Source: Macrostomum hystrix (taxonomy: Eukaryota; Animalia; Platyhelminthes). From it: 64,000 nt of DNA. Under the pieces are notes generated by a model. It was not told the DNA's origin. It did not search any database and was given only the letters and a program-made list of their open reading frames with translations. Location: assembly GCA_950097015.1 (NCBI GenBank), contig CATNEN010000007.1:8990001-9054000 (forward strand). Reading direction: 5' to 3'. Of the stretch, positions 36,851 to 49,468 are shown in pieces (within the stretch, counting starts at the first letter, position 1; every line of letters begins with the position of its first letter). A program made the position numbers and the translations under genes.

Positions 36851-38184
36851 TACTGCATGCCAAATTCCTGGCAACGGACATTAAATTTATGGCAGCTACT
36901 TGCTCTCAAGAATCACTTGGGAGTACAGGGAAGAGAGGGTGGAACTGAGGGCAGACTGAAGTAGGCTTGCAGGGGCACAAAGGGTGGAGTCTGAGGCCGC
37001 TGAGGCCTGTACTTTTCAGGCCAGCTTCCCCCAGCCTTCTCTCCTTTGCTTCAGCCTAGTGTACAATGCCTCTCCCTCCAGAGCAGAGAAGAATAGCAAG
37101 TCGCAGCCAGCCTCCCAGAAGCAGATCTGGCATTCCTGTCGGTAAGTGCTCCAGTGCGGCCCCAGTGCGCCCAGAGATTAATTTGTGGAGCTTTTCTGCT
37201 TGGCTGTCGTTATTTACATAGGATATTGTGCTGCAGTTTTTGGCTAGCTGGTTTCTCACAGGGACTTCTATATATAGCAATCTCTTTTACCGAACCAGGG
37301 ATTGCTATATATAGAAGTCCCTGGTTCCTCAGTTCTTCAGTACAGTTCTGATATGCTCAGATCTGCACTGTCAGTGTCACCGGTGACGGGGCTAAATTTT
37401 CTCAGCGTGCAAACCTGCATGGGCCTTCTCCTGGGCAATGGGGTGGCTGTCCGACCTTCGCGTGACATGCTGCAGCCATTGTACAATTGGACACGCGGGT
37501 GCAGAGATTTTTTTATGTGACTATCTTCCTTCTCTCGCTCGCTTTATATCTCTAAAGCTTGGTCTGTCCAGCTAACCCGAGCCTGTGTAGGGCAGCGGCT
37601 ACTCCAAGAGAGAACTCGCATCAGAGTACTGTGCCACAGCACTATCTGAGTTCTGCCGTCCGTTGGCTGCATTCCTGCATTTCTGAGTAAGTAGCACTCA
37701 CGGACACTATAATAAACTAATGATAATAGCTGAGGTTGCTTACTGGCTGGCTGCTGGTTCACTTCGATAGTCAATAGGACCGCTGAAGTCAAGCTGGATA
37801 AAAGCTGGTTGCCCAATTGATCTGCGGTGGAGAATTGTTTGAAGCATAGGTCTAGAAAGACTTTCTAGATCTCTACAGCGCGCAGGGAGTTCACTAATTA
37901 TTCACTCACTAGGAATTAGCCCAAACACTAACGCCAAGAAATTGCATCAGTAACTCGATAGACTTCCTGTGCTCCTAAAGCCACAAGCTGGCCGCTAGCC
38001 AAAACCCGAAGGCGCACCTGCAGTACTGCAAAATGGATCAGATTCAAATGAGATATTCAAGTCGACATTTTATTATCTTTTATGTTCAATTTTAATTTAA
38101 ATTCAACTGCATTTCGCTGCAAGTGAACTTCCAATTGTAGTGAATATATGCACTAGAGCTACGCAACTTATCTTATTATTTGAG

Positions 38185-41100
38185 AAATCCATGGATCTCT
38201 GTACAGCTGGCAATCCGTGGATCTCTGTACAGCTAGCAATCCACGGATCTCTGTACAGCTAGCAATCCATGGATCTCTGTGCAGCTAGCAATCCATGGAT
38301 CTCTGTACAGCTAGCAATCCATGGATCTCTGTACAGCTAGCAATCCATGGATATCTGTACAGCTGGCAATCCGTGGATCTCTGTACAGCTGGCAATCCAT
38401 GGATATCTGTACAGCTGGCAATCCGTGGATCTCTGTACAGCTGGCAATCCGTGGATCTCTGTACAGCTAGCAATCCACGGATCTCTGTACAGCTAGCAAT
38501 CCATGGATCTCTGTGCAGCTAGCAATCCATGGATCTCTGTACAGCTAGCAATCCATGGATCTCTGTACAGCTAGCAATCCATGGATATCTGTACAGCTGG
38601 CAATCCATGGATCTCTGTACAGCTGGCAATCCGTGGATCTCTGTACAGCTAGCAATCCACGGATCTCTGTACAGCTAGCAATCCATGGATCTCTGTGCAG
38701 CTAGCAATCCATGGATCTCTGTACAGCTAGCAATCCATGGATCTCTGTGCAGCTAGCAATCCATGGATCTCTGTACAGCTAGCAATCCATGGATCTCTGT
38801 GCAGCTAGCAATCCATGGATCTCTGTACAGCTAGCAATCCATGGATCTCTGTACAGCTACAATCCATGGATCTCTGTACAGCTAGCAATCCATGGATCTC
38901 TGTACAGCTAGCAATCCATGGATCTCTGTACAGTTAGCAATCCATGGATCTCTGTGCAGCTAGCAATCCATGGATCTCTGTACAGCTAGCAATCCATGGA
39001 TCTCTGTACAGCTAGCAATCCATGGATCTCTGTGCAGCTGGCAATCCATGGATCTCTGTGCAGCTAGCAATCCACGGATCTCTGTGCAGCTGGCAATCCA
39101 TGGATCTCTGTACAGCTAGCAATCCATGGATCTCTGTACAGCTGGCAATCCATGGATCTCTGTACAGCTAGCAATCCATGGATCTCTGTGCAGCTGGCAA
39201 TCCATGGATCTCTGTACAGCTAGCAATCCATGGATCTCTGTACAGCTGGCAATCCATGGATCTCTGTGCAGCTAGCAATCCATGGATCTCTGTGCAGCTA
39301 GCAATCCATGGATCTCTGTACAGCTAGCAATCCACGGATCTCTGTACAGCTAGCAATCCATGGATCTCTGTGCAGCTAGCAATCCATGGATCTCTGTACA
39401 GCTAGCAATCCATGGATCTCTGTACAGCTAGCAATCCATGGATATCTGTACAGCTGGCAATCCATGGATCTCTGTACAGCTGGCAATCCGTGGATCTCTG
39501 TACAGCTAGCAATCCACGGATCTCTGTACAGCTAGCAATCCATGGATCTCTGTGCAGCTAGCAATCCATGGATCTCTGTGCAGCTAGCAATCCATGGATC
39601 TCTGTACAGCTAGCAATCCACGGATCTCTGTACAGCTAGCAATCCATGGATCTCTGTGCAGCTAGCAATCCATGGATCTCTGTACAGCTAGCAATCCACG
39701 GATCTCTGTACAGCTAGCAATCCATGGATCTCTGTACAGCTAGCAATTCTTGGATCTCTGTACAGCTAGCAATCCGTGGATCTCTGTACAGCTAGCAATC
39801 CACGGATCTCTGTACAGCTAGCAATCCATGGATCTCTGTACAGCTAGCAATCCACGGATCTCTGTACAGCTAGCAATCCATGGATCTCTGTACAGCTAGC
39901 AATCCATGGATCTCTGTACAGCTAGCAATCCGTGGATCTCTGTACAGCTAGCAATCCACGGATCTCTGTACAGCTAGCAATCCATGGATCTCTGTGCAGC
40001 TAGCAATCCATGGATCTCTGTACAGCTAGCAATCCATGGATCTCTGTGCAGCTAGCAATCCATGGATCTCTGTACAGCTAGCAATCCATGGATCTCTGTG
40101 CAGCTAGCAATCCATGGATCTCTGTGCAGCTAGCAATCCATGGATCTCTGTACAGCTACAATCCATGGATCTCTGTACAGCTAGCAATCCATGGATCTCT
40201 GTACAGCTAGCAATCCATGGATCTCTGTACAGTTAGCAATCCATGGATCTCTGTGCAGCTAGCAATCCATGGATCTCTGTACAGCTAGCAATCCATGGAT
40301 CTCTGTGCAGCTGGCAATCCATGGATCTCTGTACAGCTAGCAATCCATGGATCTCTGTACAGCTGGCAATCCATGGATCTCTGTGCAGCTAGCAATCCAT
40401 GGATCTCTGTGCAGCTAGCAATCCATGGATCTCTGTACAGCTAGCAATCCACGGATATCTGTACAGCTGGCAATCCATGGATCTCTGTGCAGCTAGCAAT
40501 CCATGGATCTCTGTGCAGCTAGCAATCCATGGATCTCTGTACAGCTAGCAATCCATGGATATCTGTACAGCTGGCAATCCATGGATCTCTGTACAGCTAG
40601 CAATCCATGGATCTCTGTACAGCTAGCAATCCACGGATCTCTGTACAGCTAGCAATCCATGGATCTCTGTGCAGCTAGCAATCCATGGATCTCTGTACAG
40701 CTAGCAATCCACGGATCTCTGTACAGCTAGCAATCCATGGATCTCTGTGCAGCTAGCAATCCATGGATCTCTGTACAGCTAGCAATCCATGGATCTCTGT
40801 GCAGCTAGCAATCCATGGATCTCTGTACAGCTAGCAATCCATGGATCTCTGTGCAGCTAGCAATCCATGGATATCTGTACAGCTGGCAATCCATGGATCT
40901 CTGTGCAGCTAGCAATCCATGGATCTCTGTGCAGCTAGCAATCCATGGATCTCTGTACAGCTAGCAATCCATGGATATCTGTACAGCTGGCAATCCATGG
41001 ATCTCTGTACAGCTAGCAATCCATGGATCTCTGTACAGCTAGCAATCCACGGATCTCTGTACAGCTAGCAATCCATGGATCTCTGTGCAGCTAGCAATCC

Positions 41101-43181
41101 ATGGATCTCTGTACAGCTAGCAATCCACGGATCTCTGTACAGCTAGCAATCCATGGATCTCTGTGCAGCTAGCAATCCATGGATCTCTGTACAGCTAGCA
41201 ATTCTTGGATCTCTGTACAGCTAGCAATCCGTGGATCTCTGTACAGCTAGCAATCCACGGATCTCTGTACAGCTAGCAATCCATGGATCTCTGTACAGCT
41301 AGCAATCCACGGATCTCTGTACAGCTAGCAATCCATGGATCTCTGTACAGCTAGCAATCCATGGATCTCTGTACAGCTAGCAATCCGTGGATCTCTGTAC
41401 AGCTAGCAATCCACGGATCTCTGTACAGCTAGCAATCCATGGATCTCTGTGCAGCTAGCAATCCATGGATCTCTGTACAGCTAGCAATCCATGGATCTCT
41501 GTGCAGCTAGCAATCCATGGATCTCTGTACAGCTAGCAATCCATGGATCTCTGTGCAGCTAGCAATCCATGGATCTCTGTGCAGCTAGCAATCCATGGAT
41601 CTCTGTACAGCTACAATCCATGGATCTCTGTACAGCTAGCAATCCATGGATCTCTGTACAGCTAGCAATCCATGGATCTCTGTACAGTTAGCAATCCATG
41701 GATCTCTGTGCAGCTAGCAATCCATGGATCTCTGTACAGCTAGCAATCCATGGATCTCTGTGCAGCTGGCAATCCATGGATCTCTGTACAGCTAGCAATC
41801 CATGGATCTCTGTACAGCTGGCAATCCATGGATCTCTGTGCAGCTAGCAATCCATGGATCTCTGTGCAGCTAGCAATCCATGGATCTCTGTACAGCTAGC
41901 AATCCACGGATATCTGTACAGCTGGCAATCCATGGATCTCTGTGCAGCTAGCAATCCATGGATCTCTGTGCAGCTAGCAATCCATGGATCTCTGTACAGC
42001 TAGCAATCCATGGATATCTGTACAGCTGGCAATCCATGGATCTCTGTACAGCTAGCAATCCATGGATCTCTGTACAGCTAGCAATCCACGGATCTCTGTA
42101 CAGCTAGCAATCCATGGATCTCTGTGCAGCTAGCAATCCATGGATCTCTGTACAGCTAGCAATCCATGGATATCTGTACAGCTGGCAATCCGTGGATCTC
42201 TGTACAGCTGGCATTCCATGGATCTCTGTACAGCTAGCAATCCACGGATCTCTGTACAGCTGGCAATCCATGGATCTCTGTACAGCTAGCAATCGATGGA
42301 TCTCTGTACAGCTAGGAATCCATGGATCTCTGTACAGCTACAATCCATGGATCTCTGAACAGCTAGCAATCCATGGATCTCTGTACAGCTAGCAATCCAT
42401 GGATCTCTGTACAGCTAGCAATCCATGGATCTCTGTACAGCTGGCAATCCATGGATCTCTGTACAGCTAGCAATCGATGGATCTCTGTACAGCTAGCAAT
42501 CCATGGATCTCTGTACAGCTAGCAATCCATGGATCTCTGTACAGCTAGCAATCCATGGATCTCTGTACAGCTAGCAATCCATGGATTTCTGTACAGCTGG
42601 CAATCCATGGATCTCTGTACAGCTGGCAATCCGTGGATCTCTGTACAGCTGGCAATCCATGGATCTCTGTACAGTTGGCAATCCATGGATCTCTGTACAG
42701 CTGGCAATCCATGGATCTCTGTACAGCTAGCAATCCATGGATCTCTGTACAGCTAGCAATCCACGGATCTCTGTACAGCTAGCAATCCACGGATCTCTGT
42801 ACAGCTAGCAATCCATGGATCTCTGTACAGCTAGCAATTCACGGATCTCTGTACAGCTAGCAATCCATGGATCTCTGTACAGCTAGCAATCCACGGATCT
42901 CTGTACAGCTAGCAATCCACGGATCTCTGTACAGCTGGCAATCCACGGATCTCTGTACAGCTAGCAATCCACGGATCTCTGTACAGCTACAATCCATGGA
43001 TCTCTGTTCAGCTAGCAATCCATGGATCTCTGTACAGCTAGCAATCCACGGATCTCTGTACAGCTAGCAATCCACGGATCTCTGTACAGCTAGCAATCCA
43101 CGGATCTCTGTACAGCTACAATCCATGGATCTCTGTACAGCTAGCAATTCACGGATCTCTGTACAGCTAGCAATCCATGGA
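38185..43181. repeat. 26-bp satellite (GGATCTCTGTACAGCTAGCAATCCAT)n, ~5 kb
   Basis: About 190 copies with recurring variants. Confidence 0.98.
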
Positions 43182-44405
43182 CCATTGTATAACGTTTTTA
43201 CCGAAGGACCCGTATAAATGTAAAATATAGTGTATGAATAAAATTAATTAATATAAATTCATCAATATACTACTTGAAATTCGTAAACAAGAGAAAATAG
43301 TTAACTGCATTCAAGAAAAGATATCAAGATCACACAATCTCTTGGCCGCATATATCTTTCCTGTGCCCCTCCATCCATCCGTATTTGTGTTCATTAAATT
43401 GACTCGATACAATTGTGAGCGTACTTTGTTTAAAAGCATCTTGTTAAATACACAAGCTGCAAAAATATTTAGACCAAAGATTAGCCAGCGCTGAGTCAGA
43501 ATCGCGCTAGGCTTTGAAAAACGAAATGTCTTCCGATGCATACCTTTGTGGCTCTCAGCCGCAACGAATTAAGCTAAGGTGATGAATTTGTATTTCGGTT
43601 AGCAGGGATAAGAATGGGAGCCTTAGCCCCCGTGGTCGGCTTTATTTGGTTGAGCTGGGTACAGAAATCTATGGGAAAAGGGAAGGCTAGTAATGATTGG
43701 TGGAATAAGTGGGGTTGTCTATGGAAATAAAAGAAAGTTAGAGTCGTAACTAAGTCTCAAATAATATAGCTTTTTTCAGCCCATTTGGGCTTACGCGCAT
43801 TTAATTTAATCCGGGATATGTTTTTCAAAGTAACTGAGCTTTAGTCTATGGTCACAAGGGTGGCGCAGCAGCATTTAATTTAGTCCAAGAAGCATCAATT
43901 TGGTCCATAGGTCCAACGAAACCTAATCACGAGTTACAACTTTGTAATGCAGTTTATTTAAGCAACTTTTCATTTAAAAAGGCCAGGAAAAATAACAACT
44001 GGAATTTGCTGAAATATTGCAAGAACAAAAAATAATTTTCTAATTGTCAAAACATCGCTGAAGAAGACGAAAGCGAGTTTAATTTACATTTTCTCCTGTC
44101 ATGCAAGCAGGCATGAAGCGCAGCATCTGCCGGTACCAACCCGCACACTTCAAAGGTGTGATGGCGGCTGTAGCGGCCTCGGCAATGCGGTGTAGTACCA
44201 GTACTACTATCGGCAACGCCGATAATATAATAATATAATCCAATATATTTGACGTAATTACCGCCGGTAAAAAGGTAATTAAAAAAATTCTATGTGACTA
44301 ACTTCGTGATGTAAAGAAAAATTAATAATTTATAAAAACAATCATAATTAATACACGCATATGAATTTCTTTTATTCTTCATGTTTCGATTTATCTGCCC
44401 GACTA

Positions 44406-45797
44406 CGAGGGTCACTCAGAAAGTCTTTAGCCTGAACAAGAAAACAGCAACATATGAACTAAAAAACCATTACAACTGCTCAAAGTACTCTCCCCCCGCA
44501 TTGATACAGGCTTGCATCCTGTGGAACCAGCTGTCGAAGCACTGCCGCCAATCCTCATCCCGGAGGTCCCCGATGACGTCTTTGAACTCATTCACAGCTT
44601 CTTCCAGCGAAGAAAAAATCTGGCCCTTTAATATCTCCTTGCACTTCGGGAATAAAAAAAAGTCGCACGGTGCCAGGTCTGGACTGTACGCAGGGTGAGT
44701 CATCAGCTGGACACCACAGTCGGCCAGAAACTCGAGAGTTTGAGCTGCCGTGTGCGCACTGGCATTGTCGTGGTGCAGAAGCACCCCACGCATTCCGCAC
44801 CTTGGGCGCCTCTGGCTCAAAGCAGAAAAAACTTTGGGCAGGCAAACCGTTGTGTACCAGTCAGCGGTGACTGTCCGGCGATCTTCCAGTGAAACGGAAG
44901 CCACATGTCCAGTGCGCATGAAGAAGCAGGCCACCATCTGCTTGCCGACACTCCGGTTGCGTCGAAACTTGGTTGGGCTGTCCTCGTCTCTGAAGGTCCA
45001 CATGGATGACTGGCGCTTGTTTTCGGGGTCGTATTGATAAATCCAGGTCTCATCTCCCGTGAGGATGTCCCAGATACGCCGGCTGGTCCCAGATTCGAAT
45101 TTCTGCAGCATAAATCGGCACCAAGCCACCCGGGTGTCCCTCTGCTCGTCCGACAGCTGATGGGGGATCCACCGGGAAGCCAGCTTCCGCACTCCGAGGT
45201 GTTCGTGCAGAATGGTGTGCACACTCCCCGATCCAATGCCCATCTCCTGCTGGATCTGCTGGTAGGTCACTCGCCGGTCAGCGTCAATCATGCTGGACAC
45301 AGCGCAGATATTTTCTGGGGTCACTGCGTTGCAGGGTCTCCTGGATCGATGCTCATCTTCGAGGCTTTCTCGACCTCGGCAAAACTCAGCGAACCAGTTT
45401 TTGACGGTTGCGTATGAAGGACACAGATGAGCGAAAACGTCTTGTAAAGTTTGAAATGAATCGGCCGGCGACTTGCCTTGCTTGAAATGCAAGTACATCA
45501 TAGCTCTGAAGTCACGATTTTCCAGCTTCATTGTGCAATTGAACGGCGCAAGGGGTGAACTGACTTTGGCTCACTGCAGTGGACTCAAAAGTAACTGCTT
45601 CTGTTTGAAAATTTAGCTATAAGACCGGTGGTACGGTGGTATTAAGCTCGGTGGTACGAATTCAAATGTGAAAATAATTTACCGAACGGAAGTGTAGGAT
45701 TGCCGACTTTTAAAAGGTGGTCTTTACCATAGACAAATTTCATGCTTCTGCGTCTCGTGGATCATACTCAGGCTAAAGACTTTCTGAGTGACCCTCG
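44406..45797 (-). mobile_element. Full-length mariner transposon
   Basis: Perfect 30-bp TIRs (CGAGGGTCACTCAGAAAGTCTTTAGCCTGA), TA on both flanks, intact transposase ORF. Confidence 0.96.
44470..45531 (-). CDS. Mariner transposase (DD34D), 353 aa
   Basis: WIPHQL, TGDETW, HHDNA and YSPDLAPCD motifs; 34 residues between the second and third Asp. Confidence 0.96.
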   Translation of the reverse strand: MKLENRDFRAMMYLHFKQGKSPADSFQTLQDVFAHLCPSYATVKNWFAEFCRGRESLEDEHRSRRPCNAVTPENICAVSSMIDADRRVTYQQIQQEMGIGSGSVHTILHEHLGVRKLASRWIPHQLSDEQRDTRVAWCRFMLQKFESGTSRRIWDILTGDETWIYQYDPENKRQSSMWTFRDEDSPTKFRRNRSVGKQMVACFFMRTGHVASVSLEDRRTVTADWYTTVCLPKVFSALSQRRPRCGMRGVLLHHDNASAHTAAQTLEFLADCGVQLMTHPAYSPDLAPCDFFLFPKCKEILKGQIFSSLEEAVNEFKDVIGDLRDEDWRQCFDSWFHRMQACINAGGEYFEQL

Positions 45798-45946
45798 TAT
45801 TCTTTAAACTTTGTTTTAATGCCACTGACCTCCAGCCGAGCCCTGGCTTTATACACACCCTTTTTTCTGACTACTCTGTGCCTAATTTACGCGGCTAAAG
45901 AGGCCCACCCTTATTCCTTGAGAAGGAGCCGCCTCCAGCACCTGCG

Positions 45947-47065
45947 ATGCGAGGCTTCTTCCGCTGCCGCCGGGTCCTGTGGATGGCCGCAGCCCTCATG
46001 TCAACAACTCTGCTGCTTCTCAGCCAGCTCAGCTGGAACTCCAAGGATACTTCAACGGGCTCGACTGTCCCTAGACCAGTTCAGCGGACTGAGGGCCCTC
46101 TCAGGATCTCCTTCGGCACGCAATATTTCGGGGAATGGGCAGGCTGGATGCACTATGCGAGGAGATGGAAGGAGAGCGCTCAGCAGGGATGCGGCTTCGC
46201 CTGCGACATTGTGCCCGACCCAACACACGCCGATGCCGTGCTGTTCCACGGACGAGATCTGCCATCGAAAATTCCAACACTGCCTCGAAGTCCCTGGCAG
46301 CACTGGGTGTACTTCAACATGGAGTCTCCCATGGCAACCAAGTTCTACGGATATGACGTCTCGTCCAATCCGGCCTACCGGTTCCTGTTCAACTGGACCG
46401 CCACCACAATGCTGAACAGCCCAGTGCACATGCCTTACGGTATGTGGAGTCTGCGCGACCATCCGATCGAAGGTCCATTCTACTCGCCGGAGAAGAAGCG
46501 TCACATGGCCTACATCGCATTCTCGAACTGCAAGTTTTCGTATAATAACCGCACCGCAAAGGTAAAAGAGCTGAAGAACTACCTTGATGTGCATGTGTAC
46601 GGTGAGTGCGGTGACAGAGCACTTCCGAAGGATTGGAATGTGTGGCGACAGATCTCGGAGCAGTACCGATTCTACCTGAGCTTCGAGAACGCATTCTGTC
46701 GCGACTACATCACGGAGAAGTTTCACAACAACGGTCTGGACTCGCAGGCGGTCCCGGTGGTCTTCGGCGGTCTGTCGCACACCGACTACGAGCGGGTGAG
46801 TCCGCCGGGCTCGTTCGTGTACGCGCTGGACTTTCCGAGCATGCGGCAGCTGGCAGAGCACCTGAAGCAGCTGGCGGCTGATGAGGCTCGCTACGCCAGC
46901 TACCACGAGTGGAAGCGGCGCTTCACCATTTCGCCCCGCTCCTCCCTGCTGTGCGGCATTTGCACCAGGCTGCACAAGGACCGCTCGCCAGGCGTGTTCG
47001 ACCTGAGCCGCTACTATGATGTTCAGCGGAACTGCCGCCCCCTCAACTACAGGTACCTTGAATGA
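45947..47065 (+). CDS. Alpha-1,3-fucosyltransferase (GT10), intronless type II membrane protein
   Basis: N-terminal TM anchor, ADAVLFH, QHWVYFNMESP, FNWTAT, VHVYGECG, and the alpha-1,3-FucT motif YRFYLSFENAFCRDYITEK. Confidence 0.95.
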   Translation: MRGFFRCRRVLWMAAALMSTTLLLLSQLSWNSKDTSTGSTVPRPVQRTEGPLRISFGTQYFGEWAGWMHYARRWKESAQQGCGFACDIVPDPTHADAVLFHGRDLPSKIPTLPRSPWQHWVYFNMESPMATKFYGYDVSSNPAYRFLFNWTATTMLNSPVHMPYGMWSLRDHPIEGPFYSPEKKRHMAYIAFSNCKFSYNNRTAKVKELKNYLDVHVYGECGDRALPKDWNVWRQISEQYRFYLSFENAFCRDYITEKFHNNGLDSQAVPVVFGGLSHTDYERVSPPGSFVYALDFPSMRQLAEHLKQLAADEARYASYHEWKRRFTISPRSSLLCGICTRLHKDRSPGVFDLSRYYDVQRNCRPLNYRYLE

Positions 47066-47849
47066 ATTGGGCATTCGTTATAAATTTATTTTGTAGGCAG
47101 ATGCTAATCGTGTTATGCTTTAAGCTTTTAATTAATCCATATCTTGCTGCTGTGTCACTGGAAGATGTACATACAAAATCCGCAATGCACTTCTCCGATT
47201 TTTTATGAGCAAAAGAGGGCAGTTTTTTTACATTTGACTGGAGGGCCCCAGCAGCATGTTTTACATATGGCCGTCAGCTATGCAGTGCATGATTGGGTTC
47301 CAGTGAGAATTGAATGCCGACTTTATTTTAGTATCTCAATACTTTCGATATTGCAACTTTTTGCGGCTCCCACTCGAAATGCTTTGAATTCACAGGCCTG
47401 ATTTTAGCCTTTTCGCTACTCAAAACGAAGTGACGACTGCTCACTCGCTGCTTTTTTAGATAATTTTCTCGATTAGAATCTTTCACCTGCCTACTGACTT
47501 TTTTGTTAGTTTTTTAAGTTGATAACTACACTATGGGCAGAAAATAAACAGGCCTTTGATCAAATACTCTTAGAATATCTAATGGAGCAAGCTGTACTGG
47601 TTGATCTCTCGCCGTTTTGTTATCCAGTGTTAACAAACAATCAAGCATGCAGAAGGCAGGGGTTAAGCGATTTTTAATTAGCTTTGGTTGCATATAATAA
47701 GGTGCATCTCCTCAAGTCACTACTTCGCAAGCCTCCAACTAAGCCCCGAAATAATCGTGACTTGAAGGGAGGAACGAAGCAGCGACCATTGGAAAGTGAG
47801 GCAGCGACATTAGCCGCTGACTCACTCACCCCCGTTGGCATCCGCTTTC

Positions 47850-48171
47850 TGACTCAATTAAGCTGGCATCAGCTGTGTGACTCAACTAAGCTGGCATCAG
47901 CTGTGTGACTCAATTAACTGTGTGACTGAATTAAGCTGGCATCAGCTGTGTGACTCAATTAACTGTGTGACTGAATTAAGCTGGCATCAGCTGTGTGACT
48001 CAACTAAGCTGGCATCAGCTGTGTGACTGAATTAAGCTGGCATAAACTGTGTGACTCAATTAAGCTGGCATCAGCTGTGTGACTCAATTAAGCTGGCATC
48101 CGCTGTGTGACTCAATTAAGCTGGCATCAGCTGTGTGACTCAATTAAGCTGGCATCCGCTGTGTGACTCAA
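47850..48171. repeat. 28-bp minisatellite (GACTCAATTAAGCTGGCATCAGCTGTGT)n
   Basis: About 11 copies, some with internal deletions. Confidence 0.93.
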
Positions 48172-48468
48172 GCTACGGGTATTATGAGCAAAGATAAATA
48201 TAACACTGTTTATTTAAACACTGTAGGTTGAATAGTTTATTAAACTATTTAATCTGCGATGGAAGCCCCACAAAGTGGAGCATAGATGGTTAAAATGTTA
48301 TTTATATTAAACCTCAAGGCAAAATCAGAACAGAACTTGCTGTTAAAACGGATATTGAATTTGACTTGCTATAAATAGATTGCGATACCGAAAGACCCCA
48401 GGCAAATTAATGAAATCAGTTTAGTAACATTGTCTTCAAGGCTCAAGAATCGAGTCCAGACCTGTCCT

Positions 48469-48867
48469 CTAGAAGTTCGATCGCAGAGCGGGCGCAGGGC
48501 AGGTGTCGACGTTTGCTCGACGGTACCAACCGCACCTGAGACGGCAGTTTAAGCGAGCCGACCGCCAGCCACCGCAGACCGGATGCACCTTGGCGCGTTT
48601 GCCGAAGCCGCAGTAGCAGCAGCGCGGCTGCTCCACCCGGTGATGACGCAGAAGGCGCCGCTTGTCCAGCCGGCACTCGGCCGTGCGCCGGTTCGGATAC
48701 AGCCGGCCGTCTACACAGATGGGCCGATGAGGCAGCGGCAGGATGCGCCGGCAGCTGCTGTCACCCCGCAAGTCTCCGCCTTTGAGGCAGCCGCCGGCCT
48801 GAACCAGCAGCAGCAGCGCCAGGGCCAGCAGCAGCAGCAGCTTCGTGGAGTTCGAGATGGCCTGCAT
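48469..48867 (-). CDS. Small secreted Arg-rich Kazal-like protein, 132 aa
   Basis: Signal peptide (KLLLLLALALLLLVQAGG); degenerate Kazal unit RPICVDGRLYPN..AEC; second unit CYC..HPVCGG..NCRLRC..C; TATA box upstream. Confidence 0.7.
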   Translation of the reverse strand: MQAISNSTKLLLLLALALLLLVQAGGCLKGGDLRGDSSCRRILPLPHRPICVDGRLYPNRRTAECRLDKRRLLRHHRVEQPRCCYCGFGKRAKVHPVCGGWRSARLNCRLRCGWYRRANVDTCPAPALRSNF

Positions 48868-48932
48868 TTTTTCTTGAGATCTGTCAACTTGTTCTTCTTC
48901 TTGCTCGATTTCTCCGGCAAGAAAGTCGCTGC

Positions 48933-48938
48933 TTTATA
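48933..48938 (-). promoter_or_regulatory. TATA box (TATAAA) of the Kazal-like gene
   Basis: ~65 bp upstream of the ATG at 48867. Confidence 0.55.
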
Positions 48939-49261
48939 CCCACTCCAGCCAGCGCTGAAAACCGACGTGCACTTAGAAAGCTGGTGCTTGGCGAGCTCAG
49001 TGCGGATCGCTTTTAGTTAATTAGACTAAAATCGTGGTAATTGTTGAGCTACTGGTCACAATTATTTTTAACAAACAGGCGCACGCTGCTTAGCTTTAAT
49101 CGGTTACCAGTGCCCTAATTTAAAAATAATTAAAACTCAGTCAGGCAACCCATAGCATAAACATGAATATTTTCTCTGGACTGAAGTGTATATTGAGTAT
49201 GCTCATATGACAGCTATGAGTTAGCGAATTATAACTGCCGTGGGGCGCCCACCTGTGTACC

Positions 49262-49465
49262 ACTCATCGCCCCACTCATATGGCTCATCGCCCACTCACA
49301 TGGCTCATCGCCCACTCACATGGCTCATCGCCCACTCACATGGCTCATCGCCCCACTCACATGGCTCATCGCCCCACTCATATGGCTCATCGCCCACTCA
49401 CATGGCTCATCGCCCACTCACATGGCTCATCGCCCCACTCATATGGCTCATCGCCCCGCTCATCG
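49262..49465. repeat. 20/21-bp minisatellite (CATGGCTCATCGCCC[C]ACTCA)n
   Basis: About 10 copies. Confidence 0.93.
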
Positions 49466-49468
49466 CAG

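Noticed and set aside
46052-47074. 340-aa antisense ORF over the fucosyltransferase (likewise 4543-5325 and 24845-25444)
   Set aside because: Shadow ORFs caused by GC3-rich codon usage on the opposite coding strand.
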